Source: Thermoplasmatota archaeon (lineage in GTDB: Archaea > Thermoplasmatota > Thermoplasmata > UBA10834). From it: a stretch of DNA of 64,000 nt. The notes beneath the pieces are model-generated. The model did no database searches. It was not told where the DNA came from and worked only from the letters and a program-made list of their open reading frames with translations. The DNA is taken from assembly GCA_040751795.1 (NCBI GenBank), contig JBFMHR010000003.1:128001-192000 (forward strand). The letters are read 5' to 3'. How positions within the stretch are numbered: the stretch's first letter is position 1; every line of letters begins with the position of its first letter. Shown here piece by piece: positions 53,607-64,000 of this stretch. Position numbers and translations under genes: made by a program.

Positions 53607-53735
53607 CGCGCGGGGCTGTGCCGATATGAACAGTATTAGTACGGCCGGCGCGTTATGTGGTCCGTCGGGAGAGTCCCCCAGCCCGGGCGGCCGCCCGCGT
53701 CGCGGAATCAGGTTCGACTTCAGATGTGATGGACG

Positions 53736-54722
53736 ATGACCGAAGACCAGACTATCTCCCAGATAATCGAGGACGCGATCAAGCGACTGAAGGCCCAGGA
53801 GGCGGAGGTCCTGAAGAAGGGCCGCGAGCTCCAGGCCGAGAAGGACGAGCTCCAGAAGCAGAAGGCCGAGGTCGCCTCCCAGGAGGAGCGCCTGAGGGAG
53901 AAGGAGGACGGGCTCAGGCAGAGGGAGTCGGCCGCGGACCGGAAGGAGGCCGACGTCAAGGCCAGGGAGGAGGCCGCGCAGGCCAGGGCCGACAAGATCT
54001 CCGCCAGGGAGGCCGAGGTCGTCAAGATGGACGAGAGGGCCAGGGCCGCCAGCGTGTCCGCGGAGGCGCGCGAGGAGGAGGCCCAGAGGTCCCTGGAGGA
54101 GTGCACGAGGCTCCAGGCCGAGGCCACCGAGAAGAGGAGGGCGCTCCTGGACCGCGAGGAGCTGATGAAGAGGTCCGAGGACGAGGTCCAGAAGCTCATG
54201 GAGCAGGTCGTCTCCAGGCGGGACGCCGTCATAGCGAGGGAGCGCGCGCTGGCCGAGGAGGAGGAGGCCCTGAGGAAGGACCGGGAGAAGCTCTCCGAGG
54301 ACGCGAAGTCGCTCCTGCAGAGGCAGACCGCGTCCCTGGCGGCCCCCGCGTCCAAACCGGAGGCGGCCGAGGAGGCCCGCGTCATGGGTGAGGACGAGAT
54401 GCCCTGCCCCAAGTGCTACACCGTCATCAGCAGGGACGCCGTCATGTGCTACTCCTGCGGGGTCAGGCTCCGGGAGGAGCCAGAGGCCGCGGAGGAGGCG
54501 CCCCAGGCCCAGCCGGCGGCCGAGGCGGTCGAGGAGGACGAGGTCCCCTGCCCCAGCTGCAAGACCATGGTCAGCAAGGACGCCATCATGTGCTACGCCT
54601 GCGGGGCCGACCTGAGGGCGGCCGCCGCGCAGCCCGCGGAGGAGGCCCCGAAGGAGGCCTCCCCCGAGCCCAAGAAGCCGCAGGTCTTCGTCAAGAAGAT
54701 CGTGAAGAGGAAGACGGTCTAG
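53736..54722 (+). CDS. Long coiled-coil protein with two C-terminal zinc ribbons
   Basis: About 190 aa E/R/K/A coiled coil; duplicated EDE.PCP.C.T.+S+DA+MCY.CG. Confidence 0.82.
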   Translation: MTEDQTISQIIEDAIKRLKAQEAEVLKKGRELQAEKDELQKQKAEVASQEERLREKEDGLRQRESAADRKEADVKAREEAAQARADKISAREAEVVKMDERARAASVSAEAREEEAQRSLEECTRLQAEATEKRRALLDREELMKRSEDEVQKLMEQVVSRRDAVIARERALAEEEEALRKDREKLSEDAKSLLQRQTASLAAPASKPEAAEEARVMGEDEMPCPKCYTVISRDAVMCYSCGVRLREEPEAAEEAPQAQPAAEAVEEDEVPCPSCKTMVSKDAIMCYACGADLRAAAAQPAEEAPKEASPEPKKPQVFVKKIVKRKTV

Positions 54723-54832
54723 CCAGACGTGCGGCAAAACCTTCTTCGGCATGAGAACTCGGCAAATACCTTTTTATACAGCTGAACTGCTTACTTTGCC
54801 TAACGATACCCAGCTTCTGGGTGGGTGAACTT

Positions 54833-57800
54833 ATGGAACACAGAGCTGGCCCTATTCTGGCCAACAGATCTCTGAGCGCGTTGATCGTCGTGTCATTTGT
54901 GCTGTCAGCCTTCGCAGGACTGTATATCGCGGCCTCCCCCTCCCCGTCGGCGGCGCAGGCACCGATCGGCGACCTCATCGTCACGAGCGGTACCTACATA
55001 ATCGAGAACATCGAGCAGCCAGTCGACGGCGACGTGGTGGTCTCCGGCGGAGAGCTGATCGTGAGGAACGGGGCCTTGATGGTCATAAGCAACGTCGGGG
55101 CCCCCAGGACCGTCACGGTGTCCGGCACGGGCACCCTGACGCTGGAGCACGGAGTGCTCACCTCCTACCTGGACCAGATAGACCCGTGGCCGTACCTCAC
55201 CCTCGACATAGACGGCGGCGGCACAGTCCGCGCCAGCTCACAGTCCATACTCCAGTTCCCCGGCTACATAACGGTCCAAGGCGGCGGCGCGCTCATCCTG
55301 GAGGACAGCTCGATCGAGCCCCTCTCCGCTGATGACCTCGCCGCATACGTCAGCGGCTCCGTCCTCATCACGGCCGACTCCGCGGACGACGGCCCGGCCA
55401 TAAGCGTGAGCGACGCCACCCTCGAGCTGTACGACTCGTCGATCACCTCCCTGCCCGAGTTCCCGTCGGACGGGGTCGTGGCCAGCAACCTGACCCTGAC
55501 GGGCGACTCGTCGCTCCTGGCGGTCAACAGCTACATCGACGTCGACTTCGGCCCGGCAGCCGACATCGACGACTGGTACGTCCACAACATGTTGGTCCTT
55601 GAGGACTCGTCCAGCGCCAACCTATATGGATCATACTTTGAGCCATATGTTGGATCGCTTTCGCAGAGAGCCCCTTCAGTTTCCGCGAATGGTGAGAGTT
55701 ACTTCGCCCTGCCCGCTACGAAGGCCGCTGAGGATAACACCGGACAGCCAATCGCCGACCTACTGGCAAGCGATGAAGGAGCAATCTACCATGTAGACCC
55801 GGGCGAGAGACTGTCAATTGAGACATTCTCCGCCGGAGCATCATCCGCAATTGATGGGGCAACTCTCTATGTGCGATATTCAGTCGGAAGCACATATGAT
55901 GGGGAGGAGTCCTTCGAATGGAGACTCGAAGGCGGGACCTACGCCTCGACGGGAATCACCCCATTGGCCTCCGAGACTACATATGTGGAAAAGAGTTTCG
56001 ATCTCTTCGCCGCCGGAGTCGCGACAACCGACGAAATCGCTGCTATGGATATCACATTCCTGAATGGCGGATCCAGCGGGAGTGTCGGCGTTGACAGCAT
56101 GTCGATTGTGATTACCATAGGTCCAGAAGCCTATGTGTACAGATGGATCAACATAACTGTCGGAGATGAGTATGGTGTGCCGATACCCGATTGTGAGATT
56201 TCCGCGATTTTCACAGGGTCCACATCATTTGGAGGACAGCCATCGTTCTACTTTGGGACGGACGGAATCTCATCCACCCCCCCGGAAGAAGTGCTTGATT
56301 ACATGGGTGTTGACGGAGCATCCTTCGGGATTACTGGCCCGATGGGCATTGCCCAGATCCCCCTCCTGACGGACCTCATTTCAGGTGGAGAATATCCGAA
56401 CTCTCTCTATGTAGGCACATTCGAGCTTACGGGCACCGTTGAGCAAGATTCGATTATCTACTCCTCAACTGAAGCCTTTTCCTTCCCCGCCTACCCTGCG
56501 ATGTCAGCGGCAGACCAGCAATTCGAGGTTACAGTTGATGTTGAAGGGATATCTGCCGAGAGTCCTGACTCCTCAAGGTGGCTAGTCGTTCCTCCAGACA
56601 TCCTGATTGAGGACATGGAGTACTACCACGCCGGCGATGTCATCGTCGCGTCCGACGGGACATTGACCCTGCGCAATGCGGTGTTCCGCCTGGTGCAGAC
56701 CTACGCCAATGAGCACACGATATACGTCGACGGGACTGCGAACTTCGTAATCGAGGACTCCGAACTGGTCAGCGCTCTGCCTATCGACATAATCGTGAAG
56801 GGCCAGGGCACCCTAGAGGTCGTGGATTCCACACTCACCGGAGTGAACATCTACGCGACGGAGGAAGCGGTCGTCAAGCTGAACGGCGCGTCGTTCAATG
56901 GCCTGCTCACGACCTCGTGGGACTCGGAAGCCTACATAATGATATACGATTCGTACCTGGTCCAGTCGCCAGAGCTGTCCGGCTCGACGGTGTGTGAGAT
57001 CACGAACACCAGCGCGCCGTCGATAGTCGTGATGGATGACGCGATGGCCTTCCTCTACAGGTGGATCCACATAACCGTGTTCGACGGAGGCGACTATCCG
57101 CTAGAGGGGGCCGACGTCTACGCGCGGTTCTATGTCAACGAGACCTTCTGGACCTCCTCGAAGACCGACCCGTCCGGTGTGGCCAGGCTGAAGTCGTTGA
57201 GCACCATCCTGACATCGTCGGGCTCGACCTACATCGGCCAATACAGGGTGAACGCATCCTACTGGAGCGACGGCGTCGAACATGTCTCGGACAGCGAGGT
57301 GAGCGTGAGCGTGATGCCCTACACGCAGCCCCTGACCGAGAATGCGACATTCGAGGTGCTGCTCATATCGTCCGTCCTGTTGCCGGACCTCTCCGTCATA
57401 TCCGATGAGATACTCACGGACCCGGAAGACGTCGTGTTGAACGGCGAGTGCACCATATATGCGCGTGTCTGGAACTACGGCGAGACGGCGGCCATCAACA
57501 CCACGGTCGATTTCCTCGTGGGTGAATCGCTGGCTGTCGCGGAGCTCATAGGCACTGACATAGTCGACACGATAGCGGCGGGCAGCTTCAGGGACGCATC
57601 CATCACCTGGGTGCCTGACGTCACTGGCCTGCACACCATATGGGTCGTCGTGAACGGCGCTCCTGACTTCGACGAGAGGACATTCAACAACAACAACGCC
57701 TCCGTCGTCGTCGACGTCCTGGAATACGCGGACCTCTTCATGTATCCCCTCAGCTTCTACATCTATGGGACCACCACCCCGATCGACAGCGCAGCCGGCG

Positions 57801-59548
57801 GGGAGACCGTGACGATCTCCGGATACCTCTACAACGTGGGCGAGGCCCCGGTCACCGGGATATCCGTGCACCTGGCCGTGGTCTACGACAGCACACTAGA
57901 CAGCGACGACATGACCATCACAGAGACGCTCGAGATGAACGACCGCTACCTCGTGTCCTTCGACTACACGCTCGAGGTCCTCGATGCGGACACAGAGATC
58001 GAGTTCACCATATCCGTGAACCCTGCCAGGTCCATCCTAGAGACGTCCTATCTGAACAACAACCAGTCGGGAGTGATGACGATCCTCGATGTGCGAGCCG
58101 ACTTCTCGGTCGACGTGGCCGATGTGTACATCGAGTACGGCGCTGAGGACGACGTGGAGCCGATCTTCGGCAACACGGTCACCATCGTGGCCCTCGTCTA
58201 CAACGAAGGCGGGACCGACCCAGGCGAGATCAACATCTCGTTCGGGATCGAGGGCACGCCCCTGCCGTTCGCGATCGTGAGCGACAGCTTCGCGCCAGGT
58301 CAGTCCCACGAGGTGCGCGCGGAGTACCTCATAAGCCTGACTGACGGGGACGTGTACCAGGTCTACGTCAATGTGGACTGCAACGAGTCATACTGGGAGA
58401 AGAACGAGACCAACAACTACGCCGCGATCGACTTCGAAGTGATTCAGCTGGAGGTCGACATCACGGTCAACGCGGCCTCGGCGGAGTACGAGGCCGACGA
58501 CACGATGGTCGTCACGGCATCCGTCGTCTACGCTGGCACTCAGACGCCGGTGAAGAGCCTGCGCGGCGTGCAGGTCGAGTTGGTGCCCCCGGATGACGAT
58601 GAGGCGATAGTGTGGTCCGAGGCCAAGTACACCAACTCGCAGGGCATGGTCTCGTTCGACCTGAGGGTGCCGGCCACGGCCGAGAGCGGGACCTACACGG
58701 TGATCTGCAGCATCGAAGGCCTGGCTGACACCGGCTCCGCGACGGTCGAGATAATCGGCACCGTCTCGGGCGGCGGCATCCCGCTCCTGGTCTGGATCGT
58801 GGTGATAGCGGCCATAGCCGCGGTCGTCATAGGCTTCACCGCGTACACCTACATCTACGGCCTCGGCAAGCTCGTCGAGTGCGGCGAGTGCGGCGAGTTC
58901 ATACCCGCGGCGAGCAAGAGGTGCCCGAAGTGTGGCGTGGAGTTCGAGGCCGGGACGATGAAGTGCTCCGAGTGCGGGGCATGGGTGCCGGCCGAGTCCA
59001 CAGAGTGCCCGAACTGCGGCGTCAAGTTCGTCGGAGAGGAGCTCGGGGAGGAGGACTATCTCGAGAAGATGAGGAAGGAGTACGACGAGATGGTCTCGAA
59101 GTACCGCGAGCTCGCGAAGGCGGAGCTGGGCAAGAAGTTCAGCGACAAGGCGTTCGAGCAGTGGTGGATGGCCCAGCCGGCGTACATCAGCTTCGACGAC
59201 TGGCTCGCGAAGGAGGAGGAGAAGCGGAAGGAGACCCCCGTCGCCTGCCCGGTCTGCGGGACGCTGAACCCGAAGGAGGCCACGGTCTGCAACAAGTGCG
59301 GTACGGTCTTCGCGGCTGCGGCAGTCACCGCGCAGAAGCGCCCGCCGCAGAGCCCGCCGAGCGGCGGGCAGGAGCCCGCCCAGGCGGCCCCCGCGGCGCA
59401 GCCCCCGGCGGAGCCGGCCCAGCAGCCGGCCGCGCCGAGGATGGTCATCCGCAGGCCGATCGACCGCAAGGTCGTCCCCAAGAAGATCATCAAGACCCCG
59501 CTGGGCGGCCAGGGCGAGGGCGACACGCAGAACGGCGAGAACCAGTAG
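54833..59548 (+). CDS. Giant surface protein (beta-helix-like and CARDB-like domains) with a TM helix and cytoplasmic zinc ribbons
   Basis: Signal peptide; PDLSV...NYGE...E....NNNA-type CARDB repeats; TM IPLLVWIVVIAAIAAVVIGF; three CxxC...CxxCG ribbons. Confidence 0.85.
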   Translation: MEHRAGPILANRSLSALIVVSFVLSAFAGLYIAASPSPSAAQAPIGDLIVTSGTYIIENIEQPVDGDVVVSGGELIVRNGALMVISNVGAPRTVTVSGTGTLTLEHGVLTSYLDQIDPWPYLTLDIDGGGTVRASSQSILQFPGYITVQGGGALILEDSSIEPLSADDLAAYVSGSVLITADSADDGPAISVSDATLELYDSSITSLPEFPSDGVVASNLTLTGDSSLLAVNSYIDVDFGPAADIDDWYVHNMLVLEDSSSANLYGSYFEPYVGSLSQRAPSVSANGESYFALPATKAAEDNTGQPIADLLASDEGAIYHVDPGERLSIETFSAGASSAIDGATLYVRYSVGSTYDGEESFEWRLEGGTYASTGITPLASETTYVEKSFDLFAAGVATTDEIAAMDITFLNGGSSGSVGVDSMSIVITIGPEAYVYRWINITVGDEYGVPIPDCEISAIFTGSTSFGGQPSFYFGTDGISSTPPEEVLDYMGVDGASFGITGPMGIAQIPLLTDLISGGEYPNSLYVGTFELTGTVEQDSIIYSSTEAFSFPAYPAMSAADQQFEVTVDVEGISAESPDSSRWLVVPPDILIEDMEYYHAGDVIVASDGTLTLRNAVFRLVQTYANEHTIYVDGTANFVIEDSELVSALPIDIIVKGQGTLEVVDSTLTGVNIYATEEAVVKLNGASFNGLLTTSWDSEAYIMIYDSYLVQSPELSGSTVCEITNTSAPSIVVMDDAMAFLYRWIHITVFDGGDYPLEGADVYARFYVNETFWTSSKTDPSGVARLKSLSTILTSSGSTYIGQYRVNASYWSDGVEHVSDSEVSVSVMPYTQPLTENATFEVLLISSVLLPDLSVISDEILTDPEDVVLNGECTIYARVWNYGETAAINTTVDFLVGESLAVAELIGTDIVDTIAAGSFRDASITWVPDVTGLHTIWVVVNGAPDFDERTFNNNNASVVVDVLEYADLFMYPLSFYIYGTTTPIDSAAGGETVTISGYLYNVGEAPVTGISVHLAVVYDSTLDSDDMTITETLEMNDRYLVSFDYTLEVLDADTEIEFTISVNPARSILETSYLNNNQSGVMTILDVRADFSVDVADVYIEYGAEDDVEPIFGNTVTIVALVYNEGGTDPGEINISFGIEGTPLPFAIVSDSFAPGQSHEVRAEYLISLTDGDVYQVYVNVDCNESYWEKNETNNYAAIDFEVIQLEVDITVNAASAEYEADDTMVVTASVVYAGTQTPVKSLRGVQVELVPPDDDEAIVWSEAKYTNSQGMVSFDLRVPATAESGTYTVICSIEGLADTGSATVEIIGTVSGGGIPLLVWIVVIAAIAAVVIGFTAYTYIYGLGKLVECGECGEFIPAASKRCPKCGVEFEAGTMKCSECGAWVPAESTECPNCGVKFVGEELGEEDYLEKMRKEYDEMVSKYRELAKAELGKKFSDKAFEQWWMAQPAYISFDDWLAKEEEKRKETPVACPVCGTLNPKEATVCNKCGTVFAAAAVTAQKRPPQSPPSGGQEPAQAAPAAQPPAEPAQQPAAPRMVIRRPIDRKVVPKKIIKTPLGGQGEGDTQNGENQ

Positions 59549-59671
59549 GCTCTCCGCCCCAAACCTCCCAAACCTCTTCCACCGTTTCTCGGTCCTTCTT
59601 CTCCATCCTTCCTGGAGGGCGACCACCGCGGAATTATACGCGCGACCGCCATTCCTTCCCAGGGTAGAAGG

Positions 59672-60475
59672 ATGAAGGAGAACGAAGCGATCAGGACGAT
59701 GCTAGAGCACAGGTCGGTGAGGAGGTATTCGAGGCGCCGCCCCTCGGCCGAGTCGGTCGAGACCGTTGTGCGGGCGGGCCAGCAGGCGCCGTTCGCCTCC
59801 CAGATGTACAGCGTCGTACTGTCCAGGGACAGGACCAGGAACCCGTTCAGGGCACCGCTCCTCTTCACCGTGTGCATCGACTCGCACAAGTTCGAGCTGA
59901 TAATGGCGAAGAGGGGCTGGAGGATGGCGACCAACGACCTCACCCTCCTCTTCTTCGGGATAGAGGACGCCCTCCTGATGGCGGAGAACATGGTCGTGGC
60001 GGCGAGGAGCCTGGGGATGGGCAGCTGCTTCCTCGGGTTCGCGATGTACGACGCGGACAGGATCGCCCGAAGGCTGGGCCTGCCCCAGAGGGTGTTCCCG
60101 ATAGTCCAGCTGGCCATGGGGTATCCGGCGGAGGCCCCTCCGCCGAGACCGCGCTATCCCCTGGACTTCACGCTCTTCGAGGGCCGGTACCCGGAACTGG
60201 ACGACGAGGCGGTGTCGGCGGCTATGAAGGCCATGGACGACGGGTATCTGGCGCAGGATTACTACAGGGTCAACCGGGCGAAGATACCCCTCGAGGGGGG
60301 CAGGGAGGAGACCTACGACCTGAGCGACTACAGCTGGACGGAGCACATCTGCAGGAAGTGGGGGCAGTGGCACCCCAGCCCGGACGGGCTCCTGAGGCAG
60401 CTGGAGCTGAGGGGGTTCCACATATGCGGGGCCTCGGCCCCCGCCCCGAAGCGGCGGGGGCGCCGTCAAGGGTAG
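59672..60475 (+). CDS. Nitroreductase family protein
   Basis: HRSVRRY, AENMVVAARSLGMGSC, MGYPA, PRPR. Confidence 0.9.
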   Translation: MKENEAIRTMLEHRSVRRYSRRRPSAESVETVVRAGQQAPFASQMYSVVLSRDRTRNPFRAPLLFTVCIDSHKFELIMAKRGWRMATNDLTLLFFGIEDALLMAENMVVAARSLGMGSCFLGFAMYDADRIARRLGLPQRVFPIVQLAMGYPAEAPPPRPRYPLDFTLFEGRYPELDDEAVSAAMKAMDDGYLAQDYYRVNRAKIPLEGGREETYDLSDYSWTEHICRKWGQWHPSPDGLLRQLELRGFHICGASAPAPKRRGRRQG

Positions 60476-60494
60476 CGCGGCGTGCCGTCCACAC

Positions 60495-62216
60495 TCAGGC
60501 CGGTGCAGGGGCGCCCTCGGCCAGCTTCGCCCTGACCTCCTTCATGACCTTGTCGGGGTCCTTGTAGTAGGCGGAGATGATCGTGGCGACGCGCCTGTGG
60601 TTGTCCATCCCGACCTTCTTCATGTACTCGAGTATGTCCACGCGCCTCTTGATCTCCCTCTCCATCTCCCTGGGGGACCAGTTCCTGGCCATCCTGACCT
60701 TCTCGTAGATGTAGCTGTGGCCGCTGTAGTTGAAGGTGTCGTCCGCGGGGTTCCAGGTGTAGACCGAGTTGGTGATCAGCTCGTTCGTCTCCGGGTCTAT
60801 GCCCACGACCTCCGTGAGGGACTTGACCCGCCTGGTCATCTTGGTGCCCACCTTCACCTGCGCCTGCATGAGCACGAGGTTCAGCGCGGTGATGAGCGCC
60901 CTGGGCAGGTTGATGGGGTCGTTCTCCATCCTGTGCACCATCGCCTGGACGTCCTCCGCGTGGAACGTGGAGTAGCAGGTCTTGCCGGTCGCCATCGCCT
61001 GGAAGACGACGTACGCCTCCTTACCCCTGACCTCACCGACCATCAGGTACTGGGGCCTCTGCCTCATGGCCGCGGTGAGGAGGTCGAACATGTCTATCTC
61101 GCCGGACGCCCTCCCGGTGACGGCGCTCTTGCCGCCGAACCCCTCCCTGGTCAGGCCGGGGATCCAGTTCTCGTGGGGCAGGTTGAGCTCCCTGGTGTCC
61201 TCTATCGAGACGATCTTCATCTGGGGAGGTATGAACAGAAGGACGGCGTTCAGGGTGGTGGTCTTCCCGCTCGCCGTGCCGCCGCACACGAGCATCGACT
61301 GGCCGTGCTCGATGCTTATCCAGAGGTAGGCCATCATCTCGGTGCTCATGGTCTTGAACTTGAGGAGGTCCAGCGGCGTGAAGGGGTTCTCCTTGAACCG
61401 CCTGATGGTGAACGAGGAGCCCTTCTTGGTGACGTGCTTGCCGAGGGTGGCCTGCAGCCTCGAGCCGTCGGGGATGGTGGCGTCGAGGAGCGGGCTGGCG
61501 ACGGATATGTGCTTGCCGCACTTCTGGGCCAGCCAGACGACGAACCCGTCGAGCTCCTGCTCCTTCTCGAACTTGAGGTTGGACCTTATGGAGCCGTACT
61601 TCCTGTGGTAGATGTACAGCGGGACGGCGACCCCGTCGCACGAGCAGTCCTCGACGCTCGGGTCGGTCATCATTACGTCTATGACGCCGTAGCCCAGGAA
61701 GTCCCTGAGGACGTAGTACACCACCTTCTCCTTGGATATGGGGTGGAGCGTGATGCCGAGCTTGACCATGAGCTCGTCGACGATCCTCCTCAGGTACTTC
61801 TCCTTCTCGGACTTCTCGGCCTCGGTCATCCTCTCGACCGAGCCGACCAGCGTCTCCTTGAGGAGCTCCAGCACGTCCGACTCGTCATCGGACAGCTTCG
61901 GCTCTATGACCTCGTACGTGTACTCGTTGGCGCGGTTGTCGTACCTTATCCGCACATAGGAGTAGTTCTGCTTGACCGGGGTCATCTCGACCTCGTCGAC
62001 GTTCGACTCGGTTATCTTGGGGACCTCGGTGATCTGGCTGAAGTCCACCTTCGCCTCGCTCTTCGAGACGGTGATGAGGGTGGGCCTCGGCTTGAGCTTC
62101 ATGAGGACGCCGTAGTACGCAGCGCGTATGCCGCCGCTCTTCGGCTTCTCCTCTGGGACGGTCTGCTCTGCACTCTCTTCGGTCTTGGCGCGCTCGGTCT
62201 CGGTCATCTCAATCAC
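60495..62216 (-). CDS. Type IV pilus / type II-IV secretion ATPase (ArlI/TadA-like)
   Basis: GGTASGKTT, SIEDTREL, RQRPQYLMVGEVRG, STFHA; start 62216 or 62207. Confidence 0.95.
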   Translation of the reverse strand: MIEMTETERAKTEESAEQTVPEEKPKSGGIRAAYYGVLMKLKPRPTLITVSKSEAKVDFSQITEVPKITESNVDEVEMTPVKQNYSYVRIRYDNRANEYTYEVIEPKLSDDESDVLELLKETLVGSVERMTEAEKSEKEKYLRRIVDELMVKLGITLHPISKEKVVYYVLRDFLGYGVIDVMMTDPSVEDCSCDGVAVPLYIYHRKYGSIRSNLKFEKEQELDGFVVWLAQKCGKHISVASPLLDATIPDGSRLQATLGKHVTKKGSSFTIRRFKENPFTPLDLLKFKTMSTEMMAYLWISIEHGQSMLVCGGTASGKTTTLNAVLLFIPPQMKIVSIEDTRELNLPHENWIPGLTREGFGGKSAVTGRASGEIDMFDLLTAAMRQRPQYLMVGEVRGKEAYVVFQAMATGKTCYSTFHAEDVQAMVHRMENDPINLPRALITALNLVLMQAQVKVGTKMTRRVKSLTEVVGIDPETNELITNSVYTWNPADDTFNYSGHSYIYEKVRMARNWSPREMEREIKRRVDILEYMKKVGMDNHRRVATIISAYYKDPDKVMKEVRAKLAEGAPAPA

Positions 62217-63148
62217 GCAAACAGTACCCTAAGCATCACGAACCCGGCCAGCAGCATGATGAAGCTGTGCCTCATCCCTATCGGCAGGCTGCCCTTCTGT
62301 ATCACGCCCGCGAGCAGCCCGTCGCCCACGGCGTGCACGACCACCGCGAGCAGGAACACGAACCCGACGTCCTCGATCACGCTTATCTTGATGTTGACGC
62401 CGGGTATCTCCGCGATGCCCATCTCCTGGGCCGCCTCGCTGACCGTCGTCCCCGCCTCCTCCATCTTCGGCAGGAACTGGAGGTTGAGGATCAGGATGGT
62501 CGCGATGAACACGAAGAAGGAGATGTACACGACCATGACGTAGGTGGACATGGTCAGGTTCCTCTCCTCCTGGGTCAGGATCGCCTCCTTGGCGTCGTGG
62601 GAGACCATCGTCAGCACGTCGGCGACGTTGCCGCCCGCGTCGTTGGCCTTCCTTATGATCGAGGCCATCCTCACGACCAGGGGGGTCTTGACCCTCTCCG
62701 AGAAGAGCCGTATGGCCTCGGAGGCGGGGACTCCCCACTCTATCTGGGCGGACATCTTCTTGATCTCCGGCGTGAGCCTCCCGTACCTCCCGGTGGATGC
62801 CACCACTATCGAGTCGGCCAGGGTCATGCCGAACCTGCCCGCCTCGGCGACGTCCCTGAGGAAGTCGGGGAGCCTCGTCTCTATCTCCTTGACGTTCCTC
62901 TCCTTCGTGGACACGTAGAACCCGTACGGCCCGAGGAGGGCCAGCAGGGCGAAGATGACGTAGTCGATCGGGTCGAAGGGGAGCGCCAGGCTGCCCATGG
63001 AGTCGATGAGGGCCATGAAGCCGAACACGCCCACGAGCGCCATGGACACGATCAGTATGGTCCTCGTCTTGTCGGCCTTCTCAGTGGCGAGTATCTCCTT
63101 GACCGCCCTCTTCTGCTCGGCCTGGGAGAGCTTCTTGACAGCCGCCAT
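62213..63148 (-). CDS. Type IV pilus platform protein (TadC/ArlJ, T2SSF-like)
   Basis: RLPDFLRDVAE, YGRLTPE, AGGNVADVL, TM helices. Confidence 0.9.
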   Translation of the reverse strand: MAAVKKLSQAEQKRAVKEILATEKADKTRTILIVSMALVGVFGFMALIDSMGSLALPFDPIDYVIFALLALLGPYGFYVSTKERNVKEIETRLPDFLRDVAEAGRFGMTLADSIVVASTGRYGRLTPEIKKMSAQIEWGVPASEAIRLFSERVKTPLVVRMASIIRKANDAGGNVADVLTMVSHDAKEAILTQEERNLTMSTYVMVVYISFFVFIATILILNLQFLPKMEEAGTTVSEAAQEMGIAEIPGVNIKISVIEDVGFVFLLAVVVHAVGDGLLAGVIQKGSLPIGMRHSFIMLLAGFVMLRVLFA

Positions 63149-64000
63149 CACATAGCACTCTCCTTGGACATGTTCCAGATGACGAAGATGAAGCCGAACT
63201 GGGATATGGGTATCATCAGGCCGACCACCATGTAGAGCAGGAGCACCATCATGTCGGAGTCGCCGCCCCCGACGATGGCCATGATCGCCATGATGAGCAC
63301 GAGGAACAGGGGGAACGCCACCACGACGGTGACGAACGACTCCGCCAGCATGCCCAGCGTCTCCATCTGGGACTTCATCGCGAGCTTGTTCTCCTTCTGG
63401 TACTCCTCCGCCTTGAGCAGGAAGTAGGGCTTCAGCTGCCCGCCGGATGTGGATGTGGTGATGACGCCCTGCAGGAACTCCTGGAACTTGGAGGACGGGG
63501 ACCTCTTGGCGGCCTTCTTGATCGCCGTGAGGATGTCGGAGCCGAGCAGCTCGGTGTCCCTGGTGATCCACGCGGCCTCGGAGGCTATCTCGCCGTAGAC
63601 CTTCTGCCTGGAGAGCTCCTTGAATATGACGTCGATGTTGACGTCTGCCGACGCCATGGCCGAGATGAAGCTCATCGCCGCGGCGATCCTCTTGTCTATG
63701 TCCCTGCCCCTGGATTTCGCCTTCGAGGCGGGGGAGCCGGACATTATGACGTAGGCCATCATGGGCAGCACGATGACCGCGGCCAGCGAGATCAGCACCC
63801 TCATCATCAGCCCCACCCCGAGGAGGCCGAACAGGACGACCCCGACGCCGACCGCTATCGCGATCCCGATGGCGGCAGCGATGATGGTGCCCATGACCAC
63901 CGACGCGTAGTACTCCTCGGCCCTGATCTTCATGTGGGCCTTCATCAGGTTCTCCTCGAGGAGCTGGTTGTTGGCGGCCTTCTCGGTGGCGTACCTGCCC
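63148..64000 (-). CDS. Type IV pilus platform protein (T2SSF-like), 5' end beyond the window
   Basis: YGEIASEA, LLGSDI, SPSSKFQEFLQG, SGGQL; frame is open to the window edge. Confidence 0.88.
   Translation of the reverse strand, partial: GRYATEKAANNQLLEENLMKAHMKIRAEEYYASVVMGTIIAAAIGIAIAVGVGVVLFGLLGVGLMMRVLISLAAVIVLPMMAYVIMSGSPASKAKSRGRDIDKRIAAAMSFISAMASADVNIDVIFKELSRQKVYGEIASEAAWITRDTELLGSDILTAIKKAAKRSPSSKFQEFLQGVITTSTSGGQLKPYFLLKAEEYQKENKLAMKSQMETLGMLAESFVTVVVAFPLFLVLIMAIMAIVGGGDSDMMVLLLYMVVGLMIPISQFGFIFVIWNMSKESAM

Overview
High-GC archaeal chromosomal window, most consistent with Thermoplasmatota (inferred from Cdc6/MCM/PriS/TiaS plus bacterial-type gyrase, DUF3198-like and DUF835/RAD55 proteins). 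It holds a likely replication origin (cdc6 with inverted ORB elements around an AT-rich patch) and many housekeeping genes: atpI/H, hflX, tiaS, ftsY, pfdA, rpl18a, priS, mcm, nmd3, tsr3, thiC, gyrBA, an ECF transporter, Lhr and Ogg. The standout is a dispersed KaiC/zinc-ribbon/type IV pilus module. Its most unusual member is a fusion of a DUF2226-like domain, a Zn ribbon, a bacterial DnaA-type AAA+ domain lacking its DNA-binding domain IV, and a DUF835-like domain, located next to gyrBA. Features not in the ORF track: a tRNA-Thr(CGU) with a 29-nt D-loop intron in a perfect bulge-helix-bulge, a C/D box sRNA whose D guide points to 16S C1402, a second set of ORB-like motifs at thiC/gyrB, a probable ACG start for mcm, and a low-GC segment inside a giant surface protein. 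All family calls come from motif recognition by eye; no searches were run.
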